From the NCBI GenBank assembly GCA_964187785.1, contig OZ076409.1, forward strand, positions 86,926,001-86,990,000: a DNA stretch of 64,000 bases, read 5' to 3'. The DNA is from Amphiscolops sp. MND2022. Taxonomy: Eukaryota. The notes under the pieces were generated by a model, which saw only the letters and a program-made list of their open reading frames with translations, did not search any database and had not been told where the DNA came from. Positions 62,751 through 64,000 of the stretch are shown here, one piece after another. The translations under genes and the position numbers were made by a program. Numbering within the stretch: the stretch's first letter is position 1; each line of letters begins with the position of its first letter.

Positions 62751-64000
62751 AGCAGAAAATTTTGAAGTTTCGTTTTTTCAAATAGGCCTCACTCTCCCAT
62801 TCTTTCAATTTAGGAAATTCGAAACGAACGACTTGTAAAAAGTAAGCGAGGTCTCAGAATCTGTAACATGGTTGTGTACGATAATGTTATTTTAGCATTA
62901 TAATGTTAAAATATAGGAAACGTTATAACCAATGAACACTTTTTCAACAGGTTCCATATTTTATTTGACTGGATTGATTGTCATTTAAACAGCTAGCATG
63001 AAACGAACTGAATTGAATGTGCATTTTGTTACTTGGTGATTAAAATTTTCCTTCAGAATGAAAATAGCAGCTGGAAGGCTAAACACAATTGTGGATCACC
63101 ATCATTGCTAAATCATCGAATACACGCTACAATTCCCACTTGAAACTTTTTATTCTAACGAAACCTGTAGAAATTCAGTTTACGGATATTCATGTTAGTT
63201 TTAGTGACATTTCAGTTTGTAATTTGTTTGATGGTATTTTCCCAAGTTCACCATCATGGCTCATTCTCGGCTTTTCATCCATGAACATGGATTTTTCCTG
63301 GCTTTTCATTCATGACTAATGTTTCTCACGGAAATATGAGAAATTATCAAGTATGAAATTTAAGAGTTTTTCAAAAATTGTTTGTTTGAAGTCTACTTGT
63401 TGTATATGGTAAACTCGTCTTATAGCATAAATGGGTAATAATCACTATCAGAGATCATGGATTTTCGTCATCGATCAAGTGCCAAGCGAAGTGTGTGTCA
63501 TCATGTTGGGGGAGGGGGAGAGACATACACCCGTGGTCTGCAAATAACTTATAAGAACTTATTCAACTTTATAAGACTACATAATCTAGTAACCTTTTTC
63601 GGTTTTATATAAGCATATAGATCAGCAATCTCTGTCCCAAATATAATGTTACAGTCACGAATCAAAATTTTCATCCAGTTCTACTTACTCATACTATTTT
63701 ATTACATTAGCACGCAAACGTACATAGAGCACAGTATATAAAGTCCCATTTGGCTTTCCGTCATCACGTAATTCAGGGTTCAAGGCTGTCGTCCGTTTCC
63801 GGTCAACTACTTAACAGCGCAGAGATCATGCTATCCTTTTGAATGCTATCATTCAAAAGCGGTGGCTTCAATGCAAGTGCCATAGTCCATATAGGCTAAC
63901 TCAGTCCAACCCTTGAAATTGTTTCCTCATTCGCTGTCATTGCTCTGCTTTACATTTGGTGTCCAATATTTCAAAATTTACAGTACCAAACAAAATAAGC

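Noticed and set aside
62756..64000. Gene in the right flank
   Set aside because: Only a 76-codon ORF without motifs; no supportable exon structure.

Overview
AT-rich animal (invertebrate-type) nuclear DNA with spliceosomal introns; the species cannot be determined from the sequence. Host genes: (i) a 3-coding-exon sacsin-like gene (+, 1205-15992, ~2950 codons) with only two GHKL/Hsp90-like repeats, an HPD-less J-like segment, a HEPN-like C-terminus and one in-frame TGA; (ii) a 5-exon secreted clusterin-like gene (-, 46503-26480). Two full-length, degenerating, unusually complex Ty3/gypsy LTR elements dominate the rest. Element A (+, 28051-41452, in an intron of the clusterin-like gene) has non-TG/CA LTR ends, no polypurine tract, four small ORFs before gag, a TARG1/OARD1-type macrodomain between RNase H and integrase, a class I fusion-type env, a further 3' accessory ORF, and long hairpins abutting both ends. 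Element B (-, 47104-62750, AGCAG TSD) has protein-coding LTRs: gag starts ~560 nt inside the LTR and reads through the PBS, and an accessory ORF runs through the PPT into U3. It also carries a divergent accessory gene pair, one member being an antisense, intron-containing, apparently catalytically dead hAT-transposase-like gene. Older relatives of element B and about 11 copies or fragments of a Helentron/DINE-like non-autonomous repeat fill the remainder. All family assignments are by-eye motif recognition, not database results.
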